The notes below the pieces were generated by a model, which was given only the letters and a program-made list of their open reading frames with translations, made no database searches and was not told the DNA's origin. Shown here piece after piece: positions 40,901 through 56,863 of a stretch of DNA of 64,000 bases. The translations under genes and the position numbers were made by a program. The stretch lies in assembly GCA_965285935.1 (NCBI GenBank), contig OZ260664.1, forward strand, positions 69,626,001 to 69,690,000. The letters run 5' to 3'. Each line of letters opens with the position of its first letter. Within the stretch, counting starts at the first letter, position 1. This stretch comes from Ophelia neglecta. Its lineage: Eukaryota.

Positions 40901-43900
40901 TGCCGCGAAATTGGATTTTCCTCTTTGTAAAATGAACGAAGCAGTGTTCTGCCTCATGGTTGTGAAATGTGATCGAAAAAAAATGTTTCACCTCCCACCC
41001 AATGGAAAAAAGCAATATACCACCTTAGCTTTCATATGTGCTTCTATATCCTGACAACTTTCAAATTGGATTCTTAAATGATGGTCTTAATGTCAAATGC
41101 ATGACATTTTACTATTCAAATCCACACACACGGCAATAAAATGCCACCATTTGCCACAATAACAATGAAGAAAAGTTCTCTAGATAGGATAATCTTCTTG
41201 CAACTGCAAAGAACAAGGGAGAGAATGCTTGGGCATTTGAGGGTATGTATCTTATTATCTTGTTTTAACAATCAATTGCCGAAAGTGGCAAGGATCTGGA
41301 CAACCCACGTTTCCCTGTAATTATCTATAATGCCCCTGATGCTTATTTTTATCATAATCTCAATTAAGAAATTTACATGCAACAGGTGACAATATAAGTT
41401 TTACTAATGAAGAAGACTATGCTGTTTTTGGATAGTTGTCGCTTTGAACACTATGGCAAGCAAGAACAGAACTTGTACCGTTATGGCAATAATGTTAAAA
41501 GCACACATAAGTTTACAATTGTTATAGAATTCAAGACGTTCTAAGTGAACTATTAAAGTTCGACCTCAGGAACTATGTCCGATGGAACAATTCTCTGTTT
41601 TGTCCTATTTCTTGCGTTGGTCATGTGTCAGACACTATTTGTTGGAGGAGGGGAGCTTCAAAATGGTCATCGGGCTTATTTGGGGGGGTTGGGAGTGGGA
41701 TGATGGGTTTACACTCTCAAAGCTCCTTCTTTAGCGGAACACACCTAATTAACATTCAAGCACTCTTGGAGCTCATTATGAAAACAGGAGTGTCGCACCT
41801 CAAGATTGCTGTTGGCCTGGTATAGACAAATGCACGAAGAGCTCACAAGGGTTTGTCCACTGGGGTAGCTGCGTCCTACGCGACGCCGGTGCTCAGCATT
41901 ATCGGCAAGCCAGTGAAGCTCGGACCAGTCGGCCTCCCAGCGCCTGGTCGGAGTATCAGACATTGTCAGCGGATACTGAGCTGTCGTCGGAAAATTTGTG
42001 TCTAAGGATATGTGCTACAGTTCGTTCATTGCTGAGGTAAATATGAATGATTATTAGCAAACGTGCGCTTGGATTGCTGGAGCCTGGTATATACAGTTTG
42101 TTGAATTGGATTTACGTTTTATGTCAATGAAACCAATAATAAGATATTTATTATTGTTCTTCCGGTGTTCACTAAATTTTATGATGCTAGTTGAGAAACA
42201 GTTTTCTGCCCCCTTACAAATTGTAAACAATTGTATTGATCCCCCTGTTATGACTTTACGTTAAAGTTTGTCTTTCCTTGAACTACACAAGCCTGTATTG
42301 CGATGTTGCATTTTTTAAACAAAGCGAGGATAAAAAAAATAATGTTTCGAGAAATATGCATTAAATCATTCCAAACCTCGCCAGAAGATCATGATTTATG
42401 TATAGTTCACGAGTACGTCTGAAACTGGGCCCACTTTATTACGTTCACGTCCTTCAGCGTCCGAGTCTAACGTAGAAGGATAATCATTCTACGGGTGACT
42501 AGTTTACTCAATATACGTGACAAAAGCCTCATTCGCTATCTATGCAGCCAGCTTTACATGCAGTCAAGGCTGTTAATTCATTTAACTACACCTTTTGTGG
42601 GAAGCTGGAGGAAGGCAGGAGCGTGATCTCACAGACTAGCAGGCGAGAGCCTTCAGAATGTTAGTCAGATCTGAGGAGTCTCCCGCTAGGCTTTGATGGT
42701 CTGCTCGAGCCAGGCAGCTGTTCTTGACAGATTATACAAAACATAGTCCGCTTGTCCACTATTAAAGTTTGTTACAGCTGTGAATTAAAACCAGGGCTAT
42801 GCGCCATGCCGTATAAAGTTGCCACCAACTATTCTAAGGTGTAATCACCTAGCCTCTCATGGTTAAATATGAAATAACCTGTGTTCGCCTGATGTTGATT
42901 GTATTAGATTCAACAGTTGCAGGAAGATAATGTGTTGATGTGGGTTCCCTTGTTTAGTATGGTTTGTACGCGAGGGGCATGTGGTCCCCGAAAATTCCTG
43001 ACAAGGTATGTCACTGCACTGCTGTTTCTGGATGTTTAGAGTCGAGCTGCCATTAAATAAACCTTACATATATATACAGTGAGACGAAATGTCTAACAAC
43101 TACTACACTTTTTGCTATCAATATCATGTAACTGTGCGCTAACGTTACATAATTCATTTGATAATATTTCATCAATGTTTAAGGCTAGATAGCAGAGCAA
43201 AAGAGGAGCTCCGTTATCTATTCCAATGATGATAACGTTTTTAACAATCCTTTTTCTAATGGGGTGCCTCCTCTTTGCTCGTGCCAATTGTTGCGGTTGA
43301 TTTTGAGTGGATTTATTAAAGTTGTAATATATTGAAGAAAGATATTTTAATTATCTACATTTTAATGACTGTTGATTTAGTTCGCATAATATATAATGAA
43401 TATGTCAATCATGATAATTATACTATAGATGTACCACACGGTAGGTGAAGAAACAAATAACTTGATTTCCGATGAATATAGGGCCAATCTCATGACATCA
43501 TTTTCAACGCACTTTTAGTATTTGCCATTGCCAATATTAGATTATGTATTATGGTTGTGGTAAATAGTCCAATAGTTGTTGACTGTAGACTAAGCATCAG
43601 GCATAGCAGTAACGAATACTTGCGAATCGCGTTAAAAATACACCAATCTGACTTCAGTGTTTGGAAGATCCAGTCAACTGCCCCTATAAGTCATTCTGGT
43701 CACAGGGCTATGATATATAATATTATATATGCCCAATTGCATACTTCACTACACGGCAATAATAAAACAGGAGACAGGGCAGCCCAGTTATTTGGGGGAG
43801 TTGAAAAACCACAGAAACTCACAGAAACTGCATTCAAATTAAATGTTTCATGTAATTTCTATTCAACTAATGGCTTATGTTAATCAGAAATACATCTTTT

Positions 43901-46900
43901 CTTATACTATTACTCACAGATATGACTGCATAATTTGATTAGTCCATTATCTAGTAATCAGTTTTGTAGCTCGCAAAACACATTTGCTTTTTCATTATGC
44001 ATTCTTCAAAAATCCTCCTGAATAGAATAATGAATGGTGTGTTGATCATGTCTAAATTAGAAAATAATATAAATATCCATTCTAGAACCTAACATCTTAC
44101 ACGAATATCTCTTTGTGGAATACATGTTTTTGGTATTTATTTTTATTAGAGATGAAGAATCCTCGATTGATTGCTACACGTCACAGTGTTGGGAGTGGTG
44201 TATTGAGTTACGTGCCATTGTCCAGTTCACGTAGCCTTAATGTTTTTGCCTCTAACAGTCAGCCTAAAGAACTCATCATGGGCACGGTTGATTTCTTCTG
44301 TTGTTCAATACATGCAGCACTGTTTTAGCACTGAACATGTATTTTAGATTGTTGGCTGAGTTGTATTGAGCTGGTCCATTTCAATGGAACCTTTGAAGCT
44401 ACGCGGATAAATAAGCAGAAACCATATATGAGTAACGTCTTCGATGATGGAGATCATTTGATATTACAATTAGAAACCAAAATGAATAAACAAAATCGCT
44501 GTGGTATTGTTCAATATGCTATTGTTCACTGAGGTTGGTCATGGTAAATGCATAAGTGTTGTTCCCAGCCATTATGGTAATGTTATATCTAATTCTTCTG
44601 GAGTGTGGTCAGAGGTGAATATACGACACAACGGTCTAACGTTTGCTGAAGGCGCTTCTTGGATTCCACTTACATGTAATAGCTACAATCATGTCTATCC
44701 CACTACAATTTCCCATCTGCAATACAATACAGGTACCAGGAGCTTACACAGGAGGATTCGGGTAGACAGCAGCATGACTTGGTGATCTGTCTACTTGAAA
44801 AGCTAATCGTTTACACTCCACCTTGATTTGAAGTCACCTTGAAGGCAGCGAGTGTCAGCATAACCTTTGTTAGCAGTAGCATTCGAAGACGAGAACGGCC
44901 AATTACCTCTCAATCTCTTCAGAATTTGACAGCAAGATAAATGTTGTTATGGTGATACTTCTGGTTTTCTTACATTGCACTTGTGTGTTATTATAAATCT
45001 CCGTGCCTCGCAATCCGATTCAGTAATCGTGGGCAGCCTGTGGGATAATTCTTAAGTCCTGTGATCATTAGGATCATGTCCTCGATGGAAGACGAGCATC
45101 AAGGATCATTGACCTACATCGACTCGTCTAAAAGACACAATGAAAATCGATATGAAAAAAGTTGTTTGCATTATTCTGTCCAGAATAAACCCCTCTATAT
45201 AGTGCACTGGTAGCAGGGTGCACCCAGCTACGATACCGTCACTCTTGGAATGTGACTATTAATCAAGCTACACTTTAAATTCTTCAATTTATGTTATTTG
45301 TTGAATTTTAATCCTGGCCAAAACTGTATTATGCATTACAATATAAGTTTTATCATTGCACCCTCCCCCCTTGCGATTGTGAGCATTCATGTCAAGTGTA
45401 AGGGGTTGATTAAACGAATGGGTGTAGAAGTGCTCATTGCTTTTTGGAATCAGGCATCCCCTTGAAAGGCCAGGCAATTCCACGACTTATTGAGTTGCCT
45501 CTCATTTTAGAAAACCACAAAAAGCAGAGCTTGGTTAACCATACAAACACCACGAGCTCTGGTTTCCTTGGCTATGAAGGCTGCTTGGTTAAGTGGCATG
45601 GTGTCCACCATATTGTAAAAATACTTTCGTGAAAACATTACTTCCTTCCCTATGATATGATAAAACGTACCAAAAGCCCGTTTCAGAATAATTAATATGA
45701 ATTACTTCCCAGATGATAAATTACAGTATTTATAAAAGAAAAAGATTCTCTCGTGGCAAATATCTTATAAACCTGTTTCGCATGAGCAAACTTAGTCACA
45801 AAAGTCACGGACATTCAATATCGTTATTAGACAACACTTGCCTGAATATTAGTTACTTGGTATGAATGTTAAGCTGGTCATCATTGGTACGCGGGTTTCT
45901 GGCAGACCAGGTTTGCAATAGCCAAGTTTGATTTGATTGATCGTACCTTGACCTATCCAGCTTTCCTTGTGACCTAATGGCAGTGTCGTTCCCAATGAGG
46001 TTTTTTTTGCCAATCATTGATTATTTAGGGCTCTATGTATGAAAAAAATGATGATTGTATCTTGCATTGTGAATGCAGATATATTGCTGTCATGTTGATA
46101 CTTATTGCTGTCAGTTAGATACCAACATTAGAATGTATATTCTGCTGACTGCGATGAAGGCTGTGTAGTCTGCTCGTGTTACACGACACTTTTTATGCAA
46201 ATGTTCATGCAAGAGGCGTTTCAGGGAAGTTCCTATGCACATCTGATTGAGTGACTCTATATGTGTGGTGACAGCTACTCGCTCACCAACTCTGCATCTG
46301 CCGCAGACATTGATTGAGGCAAATCAGTGCCTCTCAATGCATGTATCGGAGAATGGCAAAGTCCAGGCCCTTCAAGACATCCCAGTGAGACACTGATGTT
46401 GGCTCATCGTGCCTTAAGTGCTGTCCTGTCGGGTTCTTTCACTTCTACTCATGACAATCCTGCGGCCAATCCCTCATCCTGTTTCGCAGCCATTCAAACG
46501 CCTATTGCATTGCGTCAATCGAATGCTAGGATCCGAGGGTCTGCATGGCAGCGAGGTAAAATACGGAAGTATACTTAAGGGTTAACCCACCTTATTCTTT
46601 GTCTAAGCGGGACTCTTAATGCCGTTGCATTATTCATTAGCCAAACCATCCATCGGCCGCGATGGGAGCCATTCCACTGCAAATATTTGCTTTTGAGGCT
46701 AATGACACGATCAACACTGCCATGGACACTGTAGACTAACTAAACCCATCTCTATGTTCGGTCGCTGATATGTTCTGGTTCAAAAAAGATCATACTGCAA
46801 ATGAAGGAAAAGTATCAGGTGTTTCCTGATATTAGGGCCAGGTAATAGAATCTGGCCCCAAGAGAAATGCTCAACAACTTCTGGCCGCTAAGCTTGACTC

Positions 46901-47044
46901 CTGCACAACAAGTGTATCTACTACGTCGAGAACCAGAGCGATGAAAGCACCAAACAAGCTATATACATGCATTGAAGAACTGTAATGTGAAATATTTTTA
47001 TTCAAGGTAAAGATTTGTGTAAAATGGAGGCTGTCTTATGTTAT

Positions 47045-47210
47045 GAAATGCAGAAAATGTCCCTCTGGTTTAAATGTAATAGACCTTCACTAGAGGTAAT
47101 AATATCAATATGGATGGCATTGGAATTGATAGTGTAAAACATACTTAATTTTTAGGAATGATGTTCAACAATAACTAAACTGGAGTGAACATACAAAGCA
47201 TGTATGTAAG
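47045..47210 (+). mobile_element. Decayed LINE RT C-terminal fragment
   Basis: EMQKMSLWFKCNRPSL ... INMDGIGIDSVKHT*FLGMMFNNN*/WSEHTKHVCK matches the pattern W...N.L.LN ... V...KFLG..ID..L.W..H of CR1/L2-group LINEs. Confidence 0.8.
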
Positions 47211-50200
47211 TATGGATACTATTTTATCTAATGGAAGCTGGTAATGTATGTGAGCACGTGGCTGTAGATTTTTGATAAATTCGGACCACTTTAATTGACT
47301 ATACTTGATTAATCAGTTTACTTTGTCTGCCGGGTAACCACTCCCACAATAATCTTGAAGTTGGCGAAAATATTAGTTAATATCAACCCTTACCATATTT
47401 GTTAATTAAAGGCCTTAGAAGAGGGTCTGAACAGATGTGTGCTTTTTTAGAAACCACAGCGGTTGATTCCCGGCAGACAAAGCAATCATTAATGATGAAT
47501 TATTCATTACTGACTCTGTCAGAAACATCAAGAACCACCAGCCGCTGGTGCACATATACCGATAAACCAATCAGAACACGTATTGGATCTTCATTGGGTT
47601 AATAACAAGTACTATGTAATGCGTAAAGTTTCCAAAAAACGAGGATAAGGCGATCACACAATAGTTACTGATTCACCTAACAGTTATACTCTGCAACACC
47701 ATAACAAATAACACAATGGATTGCAAAAATAAACCTGTGTGATCAACATAGTTCTCCGGTCCCCACCCCGTGTTATACTTGCAAGATGAAAAATATGTCT
47801 CGAACAAAAGGAACTAGTAAAAGTTTGCTTGAACATTGGGCACCGAGGGACATCACATGGTTAATTGTATAAGGGCAACTTAGGATTGTGTTCATTTATA
47901 CAACGCCGGCTTTTTGCCTAATCATATAAAGCCACAACATGTGACTGACGAAATATAAAGATGAATCGAAATTCAAAATAAGAAATAAAATACCTAAGTT
48001 TTGGCATGCATTTCACATTCTTATCCTCCCACCCACAATTTTCTCTGTATGTTGTTTGTTGTATGTTTTGTAGTTTTCAAATTCAATTCAATCAACTTTG
48101 GATTATTGTTTTAAATTATATAACAAATGCGAATTTACAAACACACGATATAAAATTAAATGAAAACTTGGGCGTTTTCACTTAGAATATGTCAACTCCT
48201 TCTTGATTAGACATATGTCATATTTCTCAAATTTGACCATAATAAGTTGTTGACCCTTTATAGCTCTTAATATGTTATGTCGAATGGCCTAATTGTTATG
48301 CAGTCTTATTCTAGGTATATACCTGGTTTCGTTGTTTTGTCTCGAACACTTGGGATCATTCATGAGTCCTGCATATCAAAACGAAGAAATAATACCGGAC
48401 AAATGGGACCCCAGTGGCCCGATGCAGGAAAGTGTGGCAATAACTCTAAGTAAAAAGTATATAAGTTGTCAATGCAAATACATTGAACTATCAACCACCG
48501 TTCTTACACCAGCCATTAGAACATAGTTGATAGCTGGTTGAGACCTAAGTGATGTCCTGCAGGGCTCTTATCTTTTGCCCTTGGTTAGCCTTGTTAACCA
48601 ATACATCATTCTTTATTCCCACCATTGCAATGTATAATCCATTTCTTTCATTGTCAACTAGCTCCCGTGATAGGTCATACAAGAAATATGCTACGAACCC
48701 TTTGCAGTAATAGCTTTCATGTATGGACATTATTTCGACAGTTTCAGCAGGGTCATAGAGTGTTAATTTCCAAACATGCTTCGGTTACCTAACTGTCTTT
48801 GCAAATATTTGTCTAGCTAATATTTTCACTTAACGCGCATTTCCATCCTCTGTTCGACACATCAAATTAGCTTCATTTGAGACCTGACTGTGCAGTTATT
48901 TAATCGACCAACTTGAATGGAATTAAAGTTGACTTGTGGTTGTTAGCTGATTTCAGGGCTCTGGTAATGTGTAAATACTCCCAACATAAAAAAATTTATT
49001 TATGGAGCACTATGGAAGACGAATGTATGCATTTCATACTTGTAAGTTGTAGATTCAATATAAAACAATCTCCCTTTGTGCAGTTATTGTAATATGTGTA
49101 TGATATTTTCCACACCCTTTATTTAATTTCAACGGTTAGATTAAGTACCCTGCACTTAAGGTAATCAATTTGAGTTTAAATAAATGCTTCAGATTTCTTC
49201 GATCATCGACTTAAGTAGAGCTAGGCGAGGCCGATCTTTTCATTAAGCTATATCGCATCCTGTCCATCGTCTGCCAATTCCAAGAAGGTTCGTGTACGAT
49301 TTGTTTTTACAAATCGCATTTAGGATAACTAAACTTAGGATAACTAAATGTGTTTCTCAAGCAGATGTTCTCCAAAATACCTGAATTGCGACATCCTTTT
49401 TTGGAGTAGTCAATATCCCGGTTGCCTCTTTTTAGCTATTTAATTACATTTGCACCTTAGGTGTGTTATGTAAAAGGCCGACCGACATACGTTATATCAG
49501 TATTCTATGTTGAGACTGCTCTAGGTAATTAGGGTTTATCCTCTCCCGTCAGTTAACATATGTGTAACTGAATATGCCTCGAGAGCCCCGAAAATGTTTC
49601 CCTTAAGGGACAATTACGATGTTTTGTTATTAAACATTCCATTCATTAATAATAATATTCAGATTTTCCTAGGACAAACGGTCCATACTTGTGGCCGTTT
49701 TGGGACATGTGCTTGTCTCTCTTTGATTTGCCTATTTTAAAATGGCGTGTGTTACATTTCGGATATGGTCTGGCAAGGCATTTTCTGCTCTGCTATCATG
49801 AGCATTAATTGTTCGGAGCACATCGGCGAATAAATCCCATGCCCAGTCGGTGTCTGGATTGAATGAATGTCATTTGTCATTTGCAGTTTTTGCCAATCTA
49901 AAGGCATAGTGCTTTCAGTCCCTGACTGAGAGACGAAAAGGCGAAACCCCATTCTTTGTGAGAAGCCATAATCCGGGTTAATCTGTGTGATTTGAGTTTC
50001 GTCCCTTGACAGGGCAGTACACGAATAGGTGAGTTATTAAGTTAATACGCATGGCTGCATTATTATGAACGACAACTATGATGACACCGGACTCTTCAGC
50101 TTCTCCGTGTATGAAAGTGCATGACGACCTCAGTATTACTGTGGCTCGCCGGGTAAATACAGGAAATTACTCGAAAGAATTAACTGAAATATAAGAAATG

Positions 50201-53200
50201 ATTCCGTACACAGCACCAATTTTATTTCTTAATTTCCTTGCCTTGCCCATAAAGACATTTTAGTTTGAAACTTTTTTAACATGCAAATTTCTGTGTTCAA
50301 ATTTCTGTGTTTCCTGTGAGTTCAATGTCAATTGGACCGCGGTCTTGGGGCTCAGTGTGTAACAATGGCGTAGAGGTTCACCCAGTAACTCTTATGGCTT
50401 TTCTATCTAGTTATATCAATAACATTTTGAGACTTTGTTTATTCCATCAGTTCCATTGCTTTCGAAGAGAAAAGTTTCTAAACCGGCAATTGGTTCGGTG
50501 GGATAAACACTATGAACTTTAAGAGGGCAGTTTTCCTATCATCCGACTTGGTGCGCAACATGTTCTTGGATCTGTGTTTAAGAAAAACAACGATTGTTTG
50601 GATGATATACATGTGCTTGGATTTTTGAAGTCCTTATCGAAAACACACTGGTTCCCTGAGAGTTTTTCATTGGTTTTACATCATTTTTACTAGGGGCAGT
50701 CGCTTTTCTATCCGTAAAGTCAAGTGAATACGTAATGGGATGGAGCTCTTTAAAGTCATGCTAACTGCTTACGGCAAATACTCAAAGTCTGATTAAGAAC
50801 TGATTCCCATGCATTCTGCCTCCTCCGTAGGTCCTACAGAGGAATGAAGAGATGGCCAAAAGGCTTTTAGGTTTATAAAGTTCCATCAGTATTCAGAGGG
50901 CTAGCGGCTTAAAGAGATTGAATTTAATGCAAACTTACGTTGGGCATATATGTCCTAATAGTGGCATTAAAACAAGTCTTTCGGAGCATACTTATTGAAA
51001 TCCAATGTCGAACAGGCTATGGCAGCAGTGAAATACAGAAATCCTAACATATTAAAATTCATCAATTCACCTGTATTGTTTTTTTTTAATTGTTGATACA
51101 AACGGTCATACTAACACAGCACGTGTTGAAACGTATTCACACAGAGTTTTGTTTGGATCTGCACTAGTGTTACAATAACTGATTGAAACCGAGCATGAAA
51201 GGGTTTCAATCCATATGAACTCCTCAGTAAACAAGATTTTTTTATTTCTCGCCAATGTCATCAAGGAAACAGTTGAATACTCTCCAATACAAGTGATTTA
51301 CTGTTGGGGCGGAGCTGGTTATTGATGCATGTTGGACCCTTGGCCCTTGTTCATGATGTTTTTCGGATATAATTATAATTTAATTTAATTTTTCCAAGCA
51401 CCATGATAAAGTAACCCCTTTTGTTGAATTAGAGAAAGGTAAATGCACCAGATTATGCCTTTACCAATTTGCTGGGGGAATTTGTTTTTCTTTGTTTATT
51501 GTTGCCATTGTAATGTTAGTGTATATCACTTTGTATGTGTATTTCATTGAGGCTTGGCATTTAAACAGCTTGTATCGCAATGGTTTTAATCTTTAAATGG
51601 TTTTAAATTTTAAAGAATAGTTTTACATAGGCGTAATTTCTGTCATGCAAAAAGCAGGGGTAGCTGTAAGAAGTAAAGGAATTGGTAGGAATCCTTGTTT
51701 AACACAACACTGTACATGTCGCTTCAACGCAGTTTAAGTCATCGTCACGACAGTAGCACGTTAGTATTAAATTGTTACCACATCGGTACGACGTCTGGGA
51801 GATAATAGTTAAAATAACGGCTGCAAAGCGTGTCTCTCATTCGTTTCATGGCTTTTTCGCTGCGTTCTTATTATTTTTTAAGTCGAAGGTATAACTTCAT
51901 CCTAGTGTGATGTGGCCATAATGATTTTGCTGTGTCTGACAGGTATCCGGGTTCTTTTGCTTTTAACCATTTTATACCAAAGACAGATTGGTCTTTCTCA
52001 AAAAGGAAGCATGTAGTCCCAAGTATGATGAGTTTGCTATAATTCCAAACTTAATCACCTTGGAGTCACAAGACAGTTGTTGAGAAATTGCTGTGCGAAC
52101 AAGTAATGAGCGGCGCTGTTCCACACCTCGCATCGACTAAAGAGCCGTATTTTAGTTGCAACGCCTCAAATCATGTGCTGTGCAGCCGAGATCATGAGCT
52201 AGGCTCAACACATGGATAACACTCTGCCTGTACATACTCGGGAACCTTCTCCTTTGTGTTAATGTGTCCGGTGAGTCTATTTTTTATTATTGTTTACTAA
52301 AAATGAGAAACCACTCGACATGCGTTCCAAATTCAATTTAGGAGCATTATTCATTTGTTTGTTTAGGTGGAGTAAGGAATTTAATATAAGAGACAGAATG
52401 GTGTCAATGCTCTGTTATTTAGGTAGGAAGTACCATTCATTATCTGCTAGTATTTGCTGGAAAAATAAATGGATCAACTAATATTCTTGCATCTGTGACC
52501 ATGCATTTCCCTTATATAATAGCAACCTTGGTAAAAAATAACAACACAGGTTATGTTCTGAATAGAGACCATCATAGGACTCCATTTAACCAGCCAGTTC
52601 AGACGTTACGGCAGACAGTGTCATCAGGCGATGTTTACATATTATTCTCTGCTGCTGCTCCTGTCGGTTAGCGGAAAGAATGTTCATTGCCATCGGGGAA
52701 AATCTCTCAGCAATAGCTAATATGAGACCTTCCCTATGTGATAACAAAGATAATTTGCTACTGCAATGCGCAATATGAGTGATTGGATGAAAACTATAAG
52801 GAGCTTCGTTCCCTGACATTATCAAATACGTTCTTGTGCAGCTTCATGTGCGATCACTGATGAAGTTCTCTGTACACGCTGACATGCATTGAGTTTTGTA
52901 AACTAAGACCTCTTGACGCGCTGCTCGGGTATTGACTCATTCAGGGTAACGCGACATGGTGATGGCATATCTTGCCTTTGTACTTTCCGGCCCAGTGGTT
53001 CAATGTTGGACATGACGTGAAGCAAATCCGTCTTAGTCGTCTCCGTGCAGCAATTAGTCCTACTATTACCTGGCCATTATAAACATTATAAAGGCTAATG
53101 CATGCTTTAGACTTGTCCATTTGCTAGCAGCGCACGATATAAGGCAGGAGGCTCATCCACATGAGGTACTATCGTTTTTACACACTCAATGCTGCGCACG

Positions 53201-56200
53201 TCCTTTATATGGACCAAATACAGGAGGATTGTGTTTACAACAATGGCTATAAACAAATAGTCGATACATAATCAATGGAATATTAGGGTGTTATGTTATT
53301 AGAAAAAAAGCCGGCTTATGTGGATACTTTAGGGAGATATTGCATGATCGACGTGTATTTCTCGAATGCACCACGGACCATTAAATATTGTTGCTCTGTT
53401 GCAGTGGCTGGATTTTATGTACCACTCAATACCTTGACGATACTCAGCTGAGTTTCCACTATGCACTTTGCATGTTCTACTTTTAATCGGCGGATTGCGG
53501 GATGCCACATTGGCGATTGGGGTTCTGGCTCTTTGCTTTCGACGTTATTAGCTGGCTTTCCATGAGTTCATCTCTCCGATGGCTAGCTACTTTTGCAGTT
53601 ACAAGGCAGTATTATATTATCGGTATAGGGACGTAATCCTCTGGCGAATTTACATGCATGACCTTATATAATAAATCGTGCATTACTATTGACAGGCTAG
53701 AAGCCTGGCTCCCACGAGCCCATACCTAATCTCAGGCTGGTAATTACAGCTCCCAGTGCCGCTACACATTATGCATATTCTGCATCAGCTCGATTGTGGA
53801 TAAAACCAACACTTGATGTTTTGAACTCAGGGGATGCGAAGGCGATGGACAGCGGAATACACATCCTTGTAAAACTGGAAATATAAAAAAACCACGCAAG
53901 ACCCATAATAACACATTTTACCAGTTGGTATTGTCATTGTATATGGATTTGGCTAATACGGAATCTTATACTTTTCGTGTTTCTTCTTCAAAAGGCCGCG
54001 TGTTAGACAGAATATATCAACCTGTATTTACGCGTGTTTCCCATAAAAATATATCAGTAATAGATGGAAATGTGTGAGATCTATACACAAGCTGTATAAA
54101 GAACATTATGAGCTTTTAAATGTGATGTTGCATTTGGTATTGCTCTTTTGCTTAGATGCGATATTTGCAATAAATCTTAACCACGTGGTACCATACGCAC
54201 AATGGGCAGGACGAGACATATAAGAAAGAGAATGTGGCATTTTATTGCCAGTGTCTTCAGAATGCTTATTTTTAAGAATACTGTCACATCTTTACCCGAA
54301 ATGTCTCAAACCCATAGAATATTTTATGCAAAGGTGACATTTTCGTTACGAGGTTCTCATTGGAACATTTATTTAAGCATGCATTTATAAGAACCTGTTT
54401 ATAACGATCCATGAACTATACGGGTTAATCTGATTAGAAAAGAATTATCCAATTTGTAAAAACAATTTTGGCAATAAAAGACTTTGTAGTGGTTTACTCT
54501 AGATGTACACTATCATCCTTCTACAAAATATTACCTGCTTGATAAGTGTATCTCTTGCTTACATGCGTTTCCCTTCTGAGACTGCAAGTTAAGTCATAAA
54601 TTGTATGCCTACATCAGGAATAGCGACATACAGTTATTTGTAAAGCAAGCTTGGATTAATAAAAACCTTCATTCAGAGATAGGAATGTGTTATGCATCTT
54701 AAATCAGTAGTTAGCGTGGCTATGGCGATCGTAAGTTTTACGTGTTTGAAAGGCACGATATGTTAATTCCAGTGGCTCAAACAAAAGATAAATGCATGGA
54801 TGAGATATGTTTTAGACCCTGCTTTACTTACTAGTAAACGTTCTTGAATATTTTGCTTCTGCTCATTACGGGGACATCTGCCGACTTTTCATCGACAACA
54901 GGGCAATACTTTGTTAGTTGGTTGCTTCTGTCATCATCCTTGTTGGTTGATGTAAACTATTGGTTTATAATTCGGTACTCATCTTTAACTTTACTTTCTG
55001 TCAGTTCACCAAGGTTTATACTTGCAGATGGGTTACTATGTGTTTGATTTAGCCCTTTTGACTTTCCAAAATAACCATATTCTAAAATCCCCTTTGTAAT
55101 TTAATTTCACCATTGCTACTTATGTACCTCAATTCAATGATGTTCTCTAAATGCAATTGCTTCCATTTACTATTTTACTCAATGGTGGCTCTGTTCCTTC
55201 GAGAAGAAAAGAACAACTCATTTTTGGATCACACATTACGACGATGATGGAATCAGGCTTAACCTTTCCAACACTCTGCCGAAAACTTGGCTTCTTTGCC
55301 CAAAGACATACAAACGCAACTAAATTCTCTTCAGTGTGAAGTCTACAAGGTCAAGCTTTATAACTGCTATCTAGCAGGTCTTTTCAGGTACTCACATGTA
55401 ACAATCTTCTGAATAGTTGAATGCTTACTACCTGTTAAGAAATGTTGCAGGTTCAATATGGTAAAAGGTGTGTATGGTTGAGAGTCCAGAGGCATAGGTG
55501 CCTCAGTCGTTGACATACATGTAGGGGTAATGCCTTTACATTGAGTTTATACGACCAATCAAACTTGGAATACCACACAGTTAACTATCCACTCTCCTAT
55601 TTTGTTATCTTTTTACAGGAATTATCCTAAACCATATTCGGAATAGTGCAAATTACCAGAATGAATAAGTTAATATCCATAAATCCAGATGTACTTGTAC
55701 AGACGAACATGCCTGCCACAGACAAAGCCTTATCGAAGGCCAGCTGGCTTTCATGAGCTCTTATACATACGATATATGTTATACGATTGTATACTACTCC
55801 CTTGATGCAGCCAACTTGTTGGACCGAGATAAATTATGGTTCCTGCGATGCCGCCAATGTTCGATCCTTAGATTAGCATCAGTCATCAATGAGTTAGATC
55901 GCTTATAAGCCATCCTAACCGCTAACCACAAAATGCAAAGCTAAGCTTGAGGAGCCATTCCAATGCACCATAGCTATTAAGAAGCTCCCACACAGCTGTA
56001 AAAGTAGGCCGGGGGCTATTGCCCATATAATCACCCATATATCTCTCGCAGGCTATATGAACCAGGAAACGGGAAATATAAATTGGCATTTCTTATAAAG
56101 CGTTTTTGTGTGTTGTCATAGAGCTTGCCTGGAACAAAGTAGTTCATCATATGCATGCATATTATAAAATATTGTATAATGTATATTATACAACCCATGA

Positions 56201-56863
56201 AATTGACCAAAAACCATACATATTGGCAAATCGTAAGATGAAAACCACGTCTGATTTAAATGTGTACCTTACTGAATAATAGGCCTATCGGATGCCGCGA
56301 CAATTTTAAATTCTTCTCGCCTGAGCGTCGTAAATAGGAAAACATTTAATTAATTCTTATTCGACTTAATTTGAAATAAATAAATTGCTTGACACGATAT
56401 ATTCTGCTGCTTTGATTAAATTTCATGTGAAAGTTAAAAGATATGTAACAGGCACCCAATGGTTGGTTGAACAGATACTGAGATCGTACTGAATCCAGAA
56501 TAATGAAATGATCTTCATACTATCGCAAAGCCGGTTTCGGTGCTTACAAATATCAAGTTCGCGATAACACAACTAGTGGTTCCAAGCCTATTTATGAGGC
56601 TCCGGTCGTTCTAATGAGGGAATTATTTGTTTCTTATCAGACACATCTGTACCCACTGTACCATAGACCATACAATATACTGCAGTCGTTTTAGGTTTCA
56701 TTTTACGGCCGAAAGATGAAATGAGAGGGCCGATAGATGGTTTGTTGGAGGATGGATGTCGTATCAAAGAGGTTAGAAAAAAATGGCAATGGCGCTTAAC
56801 CTACTCTTTTCACGCATTTCATAATTGAACATTTTAATATTTGAATAAATTTGCAAATTGATC

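Noticed and set aside
46415-46437. miR-430/427/302-like AAGUGCU seed at the start of block B in a tandem array
   Set aside because: In the predicted hairpin the motif lies at the base of the 3' arm, not where a mature 5' end would fall, and only two copies keep the seed. Small-RNA reads starting at 46415 or 62097 would revive the idea.
52141-52190. GAGCCGTAT resembling the start of group II intron domain V
   Set aside because: No closing ACGGTTC strand or domain VI.
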